From Roseovarius sp. (GTDB lineage: Bacteria > Pseudomonadota > Alphaproteobacteria > Rhodobacterales > Rhodobacteraceae): 64,000 nt of DNA. Below the pieces are notes generated by a model. That model ran no database searches, was not told the origin of the DNA, and worked only from the letters and a program-made list of their open reading frames with translations. Shown here one piece after another: positions 52,832-62,248 of the stretch. Position 1 is the first letter of the stretch, and every line of letters begins with the position of its first letter. A program made the translations under genes and the position numbers. The DNA lies in contig JAVVFB010000001.1 in assembly GCA_032251095.1 (NCBI GenBank), forward strand, positions 969 through 64,968. The letters run 5' to 3'.

Positions 52832-52981
52832 TCAGAACCACGGGAACCAGATGAAGGTTGCAATATGTGCAACCACTGCAATCGCCGTGAACAGCCAAAG
52901 ACCACTCATGTAGACGGAATGCAGCTCCTGGGCCTGCTCGTCGGTGAGACCTGTGAACGACAGGTCAGATTTATCAGCCAT
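52832..52981 (-). CDS. pufB: LH1 beta polypeptide
   Basis: Hand translation: [56 protein letters not shown] 7 nt upstream. Confidence 0.9.
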   Translation of the reverse strand: MADKSDLSFTGLTDEQAQELHSVYMSGLWLFTAIAVVAHIATFIWFPWF

Positions 52982-53103
52982 GAACTTTCCTCCGGAACGT
53001 TATGCTGACGTCGCGAACCCCGCGACCGGGTCCTTCGGGACCATCATGGCCCCGCAGGTTTCTGTCCGCCCTATCGGGCAGGCAGCTCTTGATCCCGGTC
53101 CTT

Positions 53104-53331
53104 TCAGACCGAGAAAATCAATGGCGTGGTCCGATCCGCCTCGGCCCAGGCACGCGCCAGCGGGCCGCGCAGGTCAAGGGTTCGGTACTGGATCACGTCG
53201 CGCACCCAACGCGCGCTTGCAAACGGCAGCGCGAGGGCGAAAATCATTGCAAAATAAACCTTGAATTCCAGACCACGCTGGCGGGCCTGACGGCTGCGCA
53301 CCCGTGGCGGATTTGATGTCATGTCAGTCAT
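53104..53331 (-). CDS. pufQ: PufQ
   Basis: 75 aa, MTDMTSNPPRVRSRQARQRGLEFKVYFAMIFALALPFASARWV..., one TM. Starts 5 nt after the bchZ stop, upstream of pufB. Confidence 0.7.
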   Translation of the reverse strand: MTDMTSNPPRVRSRQARQRGLEFKVYFAMIFALALPFASARWVRDVIQYRTLDLRGPLARAWAEADRTTPLIFSV

Positions 53332-53335
53332 CGTC

Positions 53336-54811
53336 TCAGTCCTCCTCTCGAACTGTGTCCCCGACGGCGCGGGGGGAAATCGCTTGTATGGTCTGCAACA
53401 CCACGCGCTCGTCACCCTGGCGCAGGGCGGCCTCTTCGGCGGCATCGCGCAGCGCCTTGGCGGCGGAAATCCGGGTCAGAACCGGGTGGCTTGCCACGAT
53501 CCGGTCCAGCTCTCGGCGGGCGTCGGTGTCCCAGGGGAAATCGCGGCGCAACGGCGTGAGCGTCGCATCGACAGCATCCATTTCGGTGCCGAGCGGCAGG
53601 ATATGAAACAGCGCGTCAAACAGGCTGTTGCACACTTCCTGCAAGATCCAGGTGGCGCCGGCATAGCCCATCATCGGCGTTCCCGTGGCGCGCCGGATCG
53701 CAGCCCCCGGAAAGCTCGCCGGGATGAACGAGGGCTGTGGCCCATGGCCCGACTTGAGCTCGGCGAGATACATTTTCTCGTTGATCGACCCCATCAGGAT
53801 CAGCGGCCGTTTCTGCGCGATAAGCGCGCGCACTTCCTCGTTGTTGTTCTTGGTGCCCGCACTGCGCGAGACCGCAAAGGCACAGGGCAGGCCCATGTCG
53901 TTTTCAAGAAAATTGCGGATGCCGCGGGCATAGGTTTCATTGGCCACGATGGCGAAATTCGCTGTGGCAAAGAAATCCTGCGTCACACTGCGCCACAGAT
54001 CCCAGACCGGCTTGATCGTCGAATGCTTCTCGCGCTCGATAAAGGGTTCCGGGTCAAGCCCAAGCATCTCGCCAAGCTTGCGCAGGAACAGCGTGGTCGA
54101 CACCACCCCGATCGGCGCCTGAAGGTAGGGTTTGTTCAAAACCTCGGCAAGACCGCGGCCAAATTCCCGGTACATGCAGATATTGACGTCGGCATTGACC
54201 AGGTTGCGCATCTCGGCCAGATGCGCGCCAAGCGGCATCACCATGTTGACCTCGGCCCCGATGCCCTCGACCAGACGGCGGAGCTCGTGAAGATCGCTCG
54301 GCATGTTGAAGGTGCCATACATCGGCCCAAGGATGTTGACGCGCGGCGCGGCACCCTCTTCGCGCTTTTTCTCCGGCGGCATGCGGCCCTTGGTCATGCC
54401 AAACTCGGTGAACAACCAGGTCATCGCCCGATCCGCCGATTGCCACTGATCCTCATCAATGGTGCGCGGCAAAAACCGCTGGATATTGGTGCCCTGCGGC
54501 GTCACGCCGCCGCCGATCATCTCGGCAATCGAGCCCGTGACCACCACCGCCGGAAGCGCCGGATCAAGCGTGCCCCAGGCGCGTTTCATCGCCTCTTCGG
54601 TGCCCGATCCCATCTCGGCCTCGCCAAGACCGGTCACGACAATCGGCAATTCATGCGGCGGCAAGGCATCGGTGTAATGCAACACGCTCGTCACCGGCAG
54701 GTTCTCACAGCCCACCGGGCCATCGATCACCACCTGCAACCCCTTGATGGCGCAGAAGGCATAAACCGCCCCCCAATAACCGCCCGCGCGATCATGATCC
54801 TGAATCAACAT
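53336..54811 (-). CDS. bchZ: chlorophyllide a reductase subunit Z
   Basis: [48 protein letters not shown] from ATG 54811. The 32-codon upstream extension in the ORF track is a translated repeat element. Confidence 0.9.
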   Translation of the reverse strand: MLIQDHDRAGGYWGAVYAFCAIKGLQVVIDGPVGCENLPVTSVLHYTDALPPHELPIVVTGLGEAEMGSGTEEAMKRAWGTLDPALPAVVVTGSIAEMIGGGVTPQGTNIQRFLPRTIDEDQWQSADRAMTWLFTEFGMTKGRMPPEKKREEGAAPRVNILGPMYGTFNMPSDLHELRRLVEGIGAEVNMVMPLGAHLAEMRNLVNADVNICMYREFGRGLAEVLNKPYLQAPIGVVSTTLFLRKLGEMLGLDPEPFIEREKHSTIKPVWDLWRSVTQDFFATANFAIVANETYARGIRNFLENDMGLPCAFAVSRSAGTKNNNEEVRALIAQKRPLILMGSINEKMYLAELKSGHGPQPSFIPASFPGAAIRRATGTPMMGYAGATWILQEVCNSLFDALFHILPLGTEMDAVDATLTPLRRDFPWDTDARRELDRIVASHPVLTRISAAKALRDAAEEAALRQGDERVVLQTIQAISPRAVGDTVREED

Positions 54812-54824
54812 GGCACACCTGCCG

Positions 54825-54886
54825 GTTTCTTCTGGCCAAAAATATCCCGGGGGAGTCGCCCCTTGGGCGACGGGGGCAGCGCCCCC
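54825..54886 (-). repeat. REP-like repeat copy C in the bchY|bchZ spacer
   Basis: GTTTCTTCTGGCCAAAAATATCCCGGGGGA, then hairpin GTCGCCC-ctt-GGGCGAC, then GGGGGCAGCGCCCCC. Confidence 0.85.
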
Positions 54887-54914
54887 AAAATGCGATATGC
54901 CTGCCAAATGCGCA

Positions 54915-56477
54915 TCACATCATCTCCTGCGCTTTGGCGGCGCGGGCTTGCTTTTCAAGCTTTTTCTGATGCGCGGCGCGGAAATCGGGGCGCAGATTGG
55001 GGCTGCCCTCCCAGATACCTGCCGTGTCACCCGTACCCACCCCCTCAAAAAAGGCGCGCATATCGTCCATCCGGCCCTTGTTGGCGATCGCGGCATTGAC
55101 CACCTCGGCCAGACTGCCCGCCCCGGCCGGGCCCATAAGCGGGCGCGCCGAAATCAGGTTGGTGAAATAAAGCGCCGGGATCCCGGCCTCTTTCGCCTTC
55201 TGCACCACCGGCGTCGTGCCGATGGCCAGATCGGGCTTCACCGCCTCCATCGCCGCCAGATCGTCCTCCAGGCTGGCGCGGTAAGTCACTTTCACCCCGC
55301 GCGCCTCCAGCCACTCGCGATCGGGCGCCGACCAGGCGTTGCGCGCGCAGGCGGTGCCCACATAAGGAATATGCGCACCACTTTCGATCAACAGACGCGC
55401 CACCAGCAATTCACTGCCCTCATAACCCGAGAGCGTGATCGTGCCCTTGATCGGCGCACCGGCAAGCGCGCCCTTGATCGCGGGCAAAAACGCGTTTTGG
55501 GCGGCGGCCACCTTGTCGGCGGCAAGACCAAAGGCCTCGCCGATCCCGGCAAGCCAGGCGGCGGTGCCGTCATGGCCGACCGGCGCAGAGCCCACGATGG
55601 GCCGACCGGCGGCCTGAAACTCGCGTATGGCGGCGGTATAAAACGGATGGATCGCGGCCACGGCGCCACAATCCAGCGCGGCATAAAGCTCTCGCCATTC
55701 GCGACAGGGCACAACCGGCCCCGCGGCAAGGCCCATCGGCGCCAGCATCTGGCCGATCATCATCGGGTCAACCGGGAACATCTCGCCCAAAAGGGTCACT
55801 GTCGGGCGATCCGATTTGCCGCCTATGGGCGCGGCAACCGGGCCTGCCATGACCTCTTTGCGGGCATAATTCAGCATCGCCCCGGCCAGAACATCCTTGG
55901 CCTCGGCATGGGTCGGAATGCCAAATCCCGGCACATCAATCCCGACAATCCGCACGCCGTTGATCTCGCTTGGCAACAGGCGCAGCGGCACGCCGCTGGC
56001 GGTCGGCACGCACAGATTGGTGACCACCACCGCGTCAAAGCGGTCCGGGTCGGCCATCTCGTGCACGCTTTCGCGGATATCCTCGAAGAGCTTGCCGGTG
56101 ACCAGGGTTTCGGAATTGAACGGCACATACCCAACCGAGCGGCGCGCGCCGTAAAAATGGCTGACGAAGGTCAACCCATAGACGCAACAGGCCGAGCCGG
56201 ACAACACCGTTGCCACCCGCTTCATCCGCAATCCCACGCGCAAAGACCCAAAGGCCGGGCACATGGATTGGGGCTGATCATGCGGCCCCTTGGGATAATC
56301 GGCGGCATATTGATCGAGCAACTCGGACTGTCCGGCCATGCGCGCGGCCTTTTCCATCTCGGCGCCGGAATGACAGGTCCCGGCCCCGTCGCCCGCGATC
56401 ATCGGCGCCTCTTCATTCGGCGTGCCGGTGATCACCTCGACCGAGGCGGCCGCGTCATATGTGACTTCATCGCTCAT
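54915..56477 (-). CDS. bchY: chlorophyllide a reductase subunit Y
   Basis: MSDEVTYD... from ATG 56477 (alternative GTG at 56486). ...[32 protein letters not shown]... Confidence 0.9.
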   Translation of the reverse strand: MSDEVTYDAAASVEVITGTPNEEAPMIAGDGAGTCHSGAEMEKAARMAGQSELLDQYAADYPKGPHDQPQSMCPAFGSLRVGLRMKRVATVLSGSACCVYGLTFVSHFYGARRSVGYVPFNSETLVTGKLFEDIRESVHEMADPDRFDAVVVTNLCVPTASGVPLRLLPSEINGVRIVGIDVPGFGIPTHAEAKDVLAGAMLNYARKEVMAGPVAAPIGGKSDRPTVTLLGEMFPVDPMMIGQMLAPMGLAAGPVVPCREWRELYAALDCGAVAAIHPFYTAAIREFQAAGRPIVGSAPVGHDGTAAWLAGIGEAFGLAADKVAAAQNAFLPAIKGALAGAPIKGTITLSGYEGSELLVARLLIESGAHIPYVGTACARNAWSAPDREWLEARGVKVTYRASLEDDLAAMEAVKPDLAIGTTPVVQKAKEAGIPALYFTNLISARPLMGPAGAGSLAEVVNAAIANKGRMDDMRAFFEGVGTGDTAGIWEGSPNLRPDFRAAHQKKLEKQARAAKAQEMM

Positions 56478-56531
56478 GCCGCGCACCTTGCCGGGGCATC
56501 GCGATCGCTTTGGGCGCTGTGTGCGTGGCTC

Positions 56532-57533
56532 TCATGCCTCATCATAGACCACCTCAAGCGATGCTTTCGGCGCGGCGTATTTACCGCGCATGTCCTCATC
56601 CGTGGCGGGTTCAAGCACGATATCGCCGCCGGTATCCTTGCTGTCGAACAGCGCCAGAAGGCCGTCCTGATCAAGCGGATCGGGGCGCACGGGCGGCGCG
56701 ATCGAAACCGCTTCGGCCAGTTCGGAAAACAGGTCGCCCCATTGGCTCTGTGCGGTGCCGACAATCTGGTAATTGGCGGATTTCTTGCGCAGATCGTCAT
56801 CCTGCGGGATTGCCGCCAGAACCGGAATGTTCACCGCTTTGGCAAAGGCCTGCGCCTCGCCGGAATGGTCGTCCTTGTTGATCACAAGACCCGCAACCCC
56901 GACATTGCCGCCCAGCTTGCGGAAATATTCCACCGCCGAACACACGTTGTTGGCCACGTAAAGCGACTGAAGATCGTTCGAGGCCACCAAAATGACCTTT
57001 TGCGCCATGTCCCGCGCAATCGGCAAACCAAAGCCGCCACACACCACATCGCCCAGAAAATCCAGCAGGACGTAATCAAAATCCCAGTCGTGAAATCCCA
57101 GTTTTTCCAACAGCTCAAAGCCGTGGATGATCCCGCGTCCGCCACAACCGCGGCCGACCTCGGGCCCGCCCAGCTCCATCGCGAACACACCGCCGCGCTT
57201 GAAGCAGACATCGCCGATCTTGACCGGCTCGCCGGCCAGGTTCTTCTTGGTCGAGGTCTCGATGATGGTTGGACAGGCCTTGCCGCCGAACAACAGGCTT
57301 GTGGTGTCGGATTTGGGATCGCATCCGATCAACAAAACGCGTTTGCCCATCTCGGCCATCATGTGGCTCAGGTTGGCCAGCGTAAACGATTTTCCGATAC
57401 CGCCCTTGCCATAGATCGCGATGATCTGGGTCTTGGATTTCGGCTCTGCGGTGATGATATCGGCCAGATCCTCATGCGCCTCGTCGCGCAGGCGTTGGTC
57501 GAAATCCTTGAGATTCGGTATGTCGTCCTTCAC
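56532..57533 (-). CDS. bchX: chlorophyllide a reductase iron protein subunit X
   Basis: P-loop [16 protein letters not shown], NifH-like. GTG 57533 overlaps the bchC stop (GTGA). The ORF track starts at TTG 57548. Confidence 0.9.
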   Translation of the reverse strand: MKDDIPNLKDFDQRLRDEAHEDLADIITAEPKSKTQIIAIYGKGGIGKSFTLANLSHMMAEMGKRVLLIGCDPKSDTTSLLFGGKACPTIIETSTKKNLAGEPVKIGDVCFKRGGVFAMELGGPEVGRGCGGRGIIHGFELLEKLGFHDWDFDYVLLDFLGDVVCGGFGLPIARDMAQKVILVASNDLQSLYVANNVCSAVEYFRKLGGNVGVAGLVINKDDHSGEAQAFAKAVNIPVLAAIPQDDDLRKKSANYQIVGTAQSQWGDLFSELAEAVSIAPPVRPDPLDQDGLLALFDSKDTGGDIVLEPATDEDMRGKYAAPKASLEVVYDEA

Positions 57534-58495
57534 GCTGCGTCCTTCCAATTGAGTATCATTTTCAGGCAGGCCGGATCGCTGAACGCGGTCCGATAGGCCT
57601 GTTGCGCCTCTGCGGGGCGGGCCTGATGGGTGATCAGCCCGGCCAGCGACAGCGCGCCGCTTTCCACAAGCGCGCGGGTCGCGGCCAGATCGTCATGCGA
57701 CCATTCCGCCGCGATGCGAAAGCGCGCCTCTTTCATGAAAGCCATCGGGAAAGCAAAGCTCAACGCGCCGGGGTAAAAGCCGGCCAGAACAACCTCGCCA
57801 CCCTTGGCCAGACGGCCGATCAGGGTATTGAGGATGTCCGGATCGCCCGAGGCGTCATAAATCGCGCGGTAATCGCGGCGCGCGTCGGTGTCGGGGTGAA
57901 TGACTTCATAACCCTCGCCGCCCTCGCGACGATCGGCCTGGGTCTCCCAGACCGTGGGCGCAGGCGCGCCCGCCGCAATCGTGAGCCGCGCAAGCAAACG
58001 CCCCAGAACGCCGTGCCCGATGATGAGATCAGGCACCGCCTTGTCGAGCCCCGCCATCGCATGACGCGCCGTTGCCGCAAGCGCCAGAAGCGCGCCCTCT
58101 GCGCCAAAGCCCGCGTCAATCCGCGTTACCCGCTCGGCCTTGGTCACAAGACGCTGCGACGCGCCGCCAAAAAGGCCAAAGGCATCGGCAAAACAGTCGG
58201 CGCCGGGCACGAACACATGATCGCCAACCCGATAACCGGTGCCGGGTGCGGCCTCGACCACTTCGCCCGCGGCCTCATAACCGGGAACCAGCGGATACCC
58301 CATGCCCGGAAAGGGCGGCATCTTGCCCGACCAGAAAAGTTTTTCCGTGCCTGTCGAGATGCCGGAATGGGCCACGTCAACAACAAGATCGCCCGCACCC
58401 GGAGCCTTGAGCTTCAGGGTTTCAACGCCAAGGTCTTCGGGACCTTTCAGATGAACAGCGCAGGTTTCGATGACGGCCTCCTGTGGCGATCCCAA
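57530..58495 (-). CDS. bchC: 3-hydroxyethyl bacteriochlorophyllide a dehydrogenase
   Basis: MDR/Zn-ADH fold ...[37 protein letters not shown].... The start is uncertain (TTG 58495, or ATC 58471 after AGGAGG). Confidence 0.85.
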   Translation of the reverse strand: MGSPQEAVIETCAVHLKGPEDLGVETLKLKAPGAGDLVVDVAHSGISTGTEKLFWSGKMPPFPGMGYPLVPGYEAAGEVVEAAPGTGYRVGDHVFVPGADCFADAFGLFGGASQRLVTKAERVTRIDAGFGAEGALLALAATARHAMAGLDKAVPDLIIGHGVLGRLLARLTIAAGAPAPTVWETQADRREGGEGYEVIHPDTDARRDYRAIYDASGDPDILNTLIGRLAKGGEVVLAGFYPGALSFAFPMAFMKEARFRIAAEWSHDDLAATRALVESGALSLAGLITHQARPAEAQQAYRTAFSDPACLKMILNWKDAA

Positions 58496-58524
58496 ATGCG
58501 AAATGGCGTTGAGGGATTCTATAA

Positions 58525-58568
58525 TGTAAGTTTATCTGTACGACGCAAAGTGTCAATCTATCTTTACA
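58525..58568 (-). promoter_or_regulatory. tandem PpsR operators over a sigma-70-like bchC promoter
   Basis: TGTCAATCTATCTTTACA (58551-68) is a perfect match. TGTAAGTTTATCTGTACG (58525-42) has 5 of 6 conserved bases. They are 8 bp apart. On the sense strand, TTGACA-N16-TAAACT. Confidence 0.75.
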
Positions 58569-58586
58569 CTTTACTAAGACAAGATG

Positions 58587-59729
58587 TCACAACCCCTTGA
58601 CGCAGCGCACGGCACTGGCAACGTAGGGTCTTGGAGCAAAAGGAATTTTCACCTTTTCAAACCCGGCTTCGCGGCACAGATCCGCGATCCGCTCGGGCGA
58701 TCTTGCGCGCCCGGTTCCCATCGCCATGGTGTAGAACGCAAAATAAACGTCGCCTTGGGGCGCGGGACGGATGCCGCCGGCCATCGGCTCTGCAACAATC
58801 AGGCGCCCGCCCTCAGGCAGCGCAGCGAACACCGCCGCCAACAGGGCGCGCACCGTCGAATCATCGTGATCGTAAAGCACCCGGATCAGCGATATCGCAT
58901 CCATCCCGACCGGCAGCGCATCTTGCCGGAACGAGCCGGGCGCAAGCGCGATCCGCTCAGCCAGCCCAAGCGTCGCAAGCCGGCCCCGGGCCGAAGACAT
59001 CACCTCGGGCAGATCAAAAAGCGTGAGGTTGAGGTCACGATACTGCGCCGCCACCTCTTGCAGAAACGCGCCCGAACCGCCGCCCACATCAAGCAGATGG
59101 CGCACCCCTTTGAGCGACACCATCCTCAGGACATCCTGCGCCACCAGCCCCTGAGATTGGGCCATGAGGTCAGAATAACGGTTCGCGACATCGGGCTCCA
59201 TTTCCGCAGCGGCGCCAAAGACATAGGGCCAAAAACGCGCCAATTCCGTGTCGCCCTCGCCGCGCAAAAGGGCGACCGGATCGGCCATATCGGCGTAAAA
59301 TGCGCCATGGTGACGGATCATCGCCTCAAGCCCCGGTACGCCCAAAATCGCGGCCCCCCTGCGCGCGAGGCCAAAGCGCCCGTCGCGACGGTGTTTCAAC
59401 AACCCCAACCCCGCGCCGGCCTGAAGCAGTATCTGCATGCGACCCTCGGGCAGACCCGCGCGCAAGCAAAGCTCTGCGGATGTTTTCGGGCCTTCGGCGA
59501 GGCGGTGAAACACCTCAAGTTCGACCAGTGCCGAAAGAACCTGAGATTGAACAAACCCTTGAACAATATTGAAAATCGCCGCGCCATCGCGGCGCGCAAC
59601 ACCGCGCGTCAGGGGGAAGCCGCTGGCCCATCTCTGAAATCCGGGGCGCGCAATCAGCCGGGTGATCCAGCCGCCCGGCCCGCGTTTCCGGCGCGCCGGG
59701 GTCTCGGGAAGATCCCCCGTCGCCATCAT
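58587..59729 (-). CDS. crtF: demethylspheroidene O-methyltransferase
   Basis: 380 aa, SAM motif LLDVGGGSGAF, between crtE and bchC. Confidence 0.85.
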   Translation of the reverse strand: MMATGDLPETPARRKRGPGGWITRLIARPGFQRWASGFPLTRGVARRDGAAIFNIVQGFVQSQVLSALVELEVFHRLAEGPKTSAELCLRAGLPEGRMQILLQAGAGLGLLKHRRDGRFGLARRGAAILGVPGLEAMIRHHGAFYADMADPVALLRGEGDTELARFWPYVFGAAAEMEPDVANRYSDLMAQSQGLVAQDVLRMVSLKGVRHLLDVGGGSGAFLQEVAAQYRDLNLTLFDLPEVMSSARGRLATLGLAERIALAPGSFRQDALPVGMDAISLIRVLYDHDDSTVRALLAAVFAALPEGGRLIVAEPMAGGIRPAPQGDVYFAFYTMAMGTGRARSPERIADLCREAGFEKVKIPFAPRPYVASAVRCVKGL

Positions 59730-59733
59730 GACC

Positions 59734-60603
59734 TCAGGCCCTCATCCGTGCCGGTAAGACCGGAATGATCCGCTCTGCCTGCATCTGGACCATCTGTGCC
59801 AATTGCGCCTCGCCCTTACAGGACGGGATCGAAGAAATTGCGCCAGACAGGATATCCTTTAGCCGGTCGGTCGCCCCCACCACGCCAAGCTCTGCCACTG
59901 CGTTGGGGCGACCATGCAGATCGTCCTGCCCTACCGGCTTGCCAAGGGTCTCGGCATCCAAAAGCGCGTCACGCAGGTCATCGGCCACCTGAAAGGCGGC
60001 ACCAATGCGCGCGCCAAGCTCGTACCATGGTTCAGGTTCATGTCCGGCGGCGATTGCGCCCATCTGGGTGGCGGCAATGAACAGCGCCCCGGTTTTCGAG
60101 CGATGATAGGCCTCAAGATCGACAGACGGCTCGCTTTCCCAACCCTGACCCGCGCAAATACCGTTGGGCATGCCGCTGCGACGCGCCAGCGACAGGATCA
60201 ACTGATTGGCGCGCATCGGCGCATGCGGGGCGGCCCGCGCCAGGACCTCGAAGGCCATGATGATAAGGCTGTCACCGGTCAGCACCGCAAGCGGCTCACC
60301 AAAGGCACGATGCACCGACGCCTTGCCACGCCGGATATCGGCATCGTCAAAACAGGGCAGATCGTCATGCACAAGGCTGGCGCAGTGAATAAGCTCCAGC
60401 GCGGCGGCGGCGGCCTCCGAAATCTCGGGGCGATCATCGCCGCAGGCCATCGCGACCGAAATCAGGATGGTTGGGCGAATGCGCGCGCCGCCGGGGCTTG
60501 TGGCATAGTCAAGCGCACGCGCCAGACGAGCCGGCGCCATACCGGCCTGCCCTTGGGTGATCGCCTCGGCGACCGCCCTTTGAATGCGGGTTTTGATGGG
60601 CAT
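59734..60603 (-). CDS. crtE: geranylgeranyl diphosphate synthase
   Basis: MPIKTRIQRAV... from ATG 60603. Asp-rich motifs LVHDDLPCFDD and FQVADDLRD. Confidence 0.9.
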   Translation of the reverse strand: MPIKTRIQRAVAEAITQGQAGMAPARLARALDYATSPGGARIRPTILISVAMACGDDRPEISEAAAAALELIHCASLVHDDLPCFDDADIRRGKASVHRAFGEPLAVLTGDSLIIMAFEVLARAAPHAPMRANQLILSLARRSGMPNGICAGQGWESEPSVDLEAYHRSKTGALFIAATQMGAIAAGHEPEPWYELGARIGAAFQVADDLRDALLDAETLGKPVGQDDLHGRPNAVAELGVVGATDRLKDILSGAISSIPSCKGEAQLAQMVQMQAERIIPVLPARMRA

Positions 60604-60624
60604 CAGCGCTTCCTTTTCGCCGCG

Positions 60625-60667
60625 TGTCACTTTTAACTGACACTGTGTATGTAAATTATACTGGACA
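60625..60667. promoter_or_regulatory. two perfect PpsR operators in the crtE/crtD divergent region
   Basis: TGTCACTTTTAACTGACA (60625-42) and TGTAAATTATACTGGACA (60650-67), 7 bp apart. TTAACT-N18-TATACT on the plus strand (crtD). TATAAT on the minus strand (60655-60) for crtE. Confidence 0.8.
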
Positions 60668-60697
60668 GTTTGTCGGCGCGAGTCAACAATCCCCTTT

Positions 60698-62248
60698 ATG
60701 AAAACCGCCCCACCCCCTTTCGAGCCACACGGCAGGGTCGTGGTCGTGGGCGCCGGTATCGCGGGGCTCGCGGCGGCGGCGCGACTGGCGCATTCGGGGA
60801 TGAGCGTCACGGTCCTTGAACGTCACGCTGGACCGGGCGGCAAGATGCGCAGCGTACCGAGTTCGGCCGGTCCGGTGGATGCGGGGCCGACAGTGTTGAC
60901 CATGCGCCCCGTCTTCGAGGCGCTGTTCGCCGCGCTTGATGAACGGCTGGACGATCACCTCACGCTGGTGCCGCAAACCATTCTGGCGCGGCATTTCTGG
61001 CCCGATGCAAGCCGTCTTGACCTCTTTGCAGACGAGGCGCAAAGCGCTGATGCGATTGAGAATTTTTCTGGCAAGACCTCCCGAAAACAGTTCATCGCCT
61101 TTTGCGCCCGCGCCCGCCGCCTGTTCGCGGGTTTCGATGCGCCAATGATGCAAACCGCCGCCCCCTCGCCGCTTGCGCTTGGCCGGGTCGTGGCGCGCGA
61201 TCCGGGCCTGTTGCGTGCGATGGCGCCCTTCTCAAGCCTTGCCAGCAGCTTGGCGCGACAGTTCGACGACCCCCGCCTGGCCCAGCTTTTTGGCCGCTAT
61301 GCCACCTATGTTGGCGGCTCACCCTATCAATCCCCGGCCCTTCTGGCGCTGATCTGGCAGGCCGAAGCGGCGGGCGTCTGGGTGGTCAAGGGTGGCATGC
61401 ACCGACTTGCCAAGACCCTTGCCATGCTTGCCAGCGCGCGGGGCGCCACCTTTCAATATGACACCCATGTCGCCCGAGTTGACACATCTGACGGGCGCGT
61501 CACCGGCGTGACCCTCGCAAATGGGAACCAGATTGCCGCCGATACGGTTTTATTCAACGGCGATCCGCGCGCGCTTGCCGGCGGTCTTTTGGGGCCTGCT
61601 GCAATCGCCGTTGCGCCCCGGACCCTCACCGCCGAGCGCAGTCTTTCGGCGCAGGTCTGGGCCTTTGCCGCCAAGCCGATGGGGGTCGACCTTGTGCATC
61701 ACAACGTCTTTTTCTGCGCCGATCCCAAGGCCGAATTTGACGATCTGCACGCCGGGCGCCCGCCGCGTGCGCCCACGATCTACGTCTGTGCGCAGGACCG
61801 TGGCCTGCCCGAGGCGCCACCCGACCGGGAACGCTTTGAAATCATCCTGAACGCGCCGCCGCTTGGCGGCCTGTCGCAGCCCGCCGAGGAATTTGCCCCA
61901 TGTCAGACACGCACCTTTCAAACCCTGGCCCGCTTCGGGCTGCGCTTCGATCCGCTGCCGGAGGCGGGCGCGCTGACGACGCCGGGGCGCTTCGAGCGGC
62001 TGTTTCCGGCCAGCCTCGGATCGCTTTACGGGCAGAGCCCGCATGCGATGATGGCGGCGTTTCAGCGCCCGACGGCGCGCACGCCGATAAGGGGGCTTTA
62101 CCTTGCGGGGGGCGGGGCGCATCCGGGGGCCGGGGTGCCGATGGCCACCCTCTCCGCGCGGCACGCGGCCGAGGCGATCTTGAGCGACCGAACTTTAACC
62201 TCGACGTGCCCCCAAACGGCTATGCCTGGTGGTATGTCGACGGCATAA
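60698..62248 (+). CDS. crtD: hydroxyneurosporene/methoxyneurosporene desaturase (phytoene desaturase family)
   Basis: FAD motif VVVVGAGIAGLAAAARLA, 516 aa. Divergent from crtE and followed by crtC, as in Rhodobacter. Confidence 0.8.
   Translation: MKTAPPPFEPHGRVVVVGAGIAGLAAAARLAHSGMSVTVLERHAGPGGKMRSVPSSAGPVDAGPTVLTMRPVFEALFAALDERLDDHLTLVPQTILARHFWPDASRLDLFADEAQSADAIENFSGKTSRKQFIAFCARARRLFAGFDAPMMQTAAPSPLALGRVVARDPGLLRAMAPFSSLASSLARQFDDPRLAQLFGRYATYVGGSPYQSPALLALIWQAEAAGVWVVKGGMHRLAKTLAMLASARGATFQYDTHVARVDTSDGRVTGVTLANGNQIAADTVLFNGDPRALAGGLLGPAAIAVAPRTLTAERSLSAQVWAFAAKPMGVDLVHHNVFFCADPKAEFDDLHAGRPPRAPTIYVCAQDRGLPEAPPDRERFEIILNAPPLGGLSQPAEEFAPCQTRTFQTLARFGLRFDPLPEAGALTTPGRFERLFPASLGSLYGQSPHAMMAAFQRPTARTPIRGLYLAGGGAHPGAGVPMATLSARHAAEAILSDRTLTSTCPQTAMPGGMSTA

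Noticed and set aside
60593-60606. FNR/FnrL-like palindrome TTGATgggcATCAG
   Set aside because: It matches TTGAT-N4-ATCAA at 9/10 positions but overlaps the crtE start codon itself, a poor position for an activator site. A single near-match is expected by chance.
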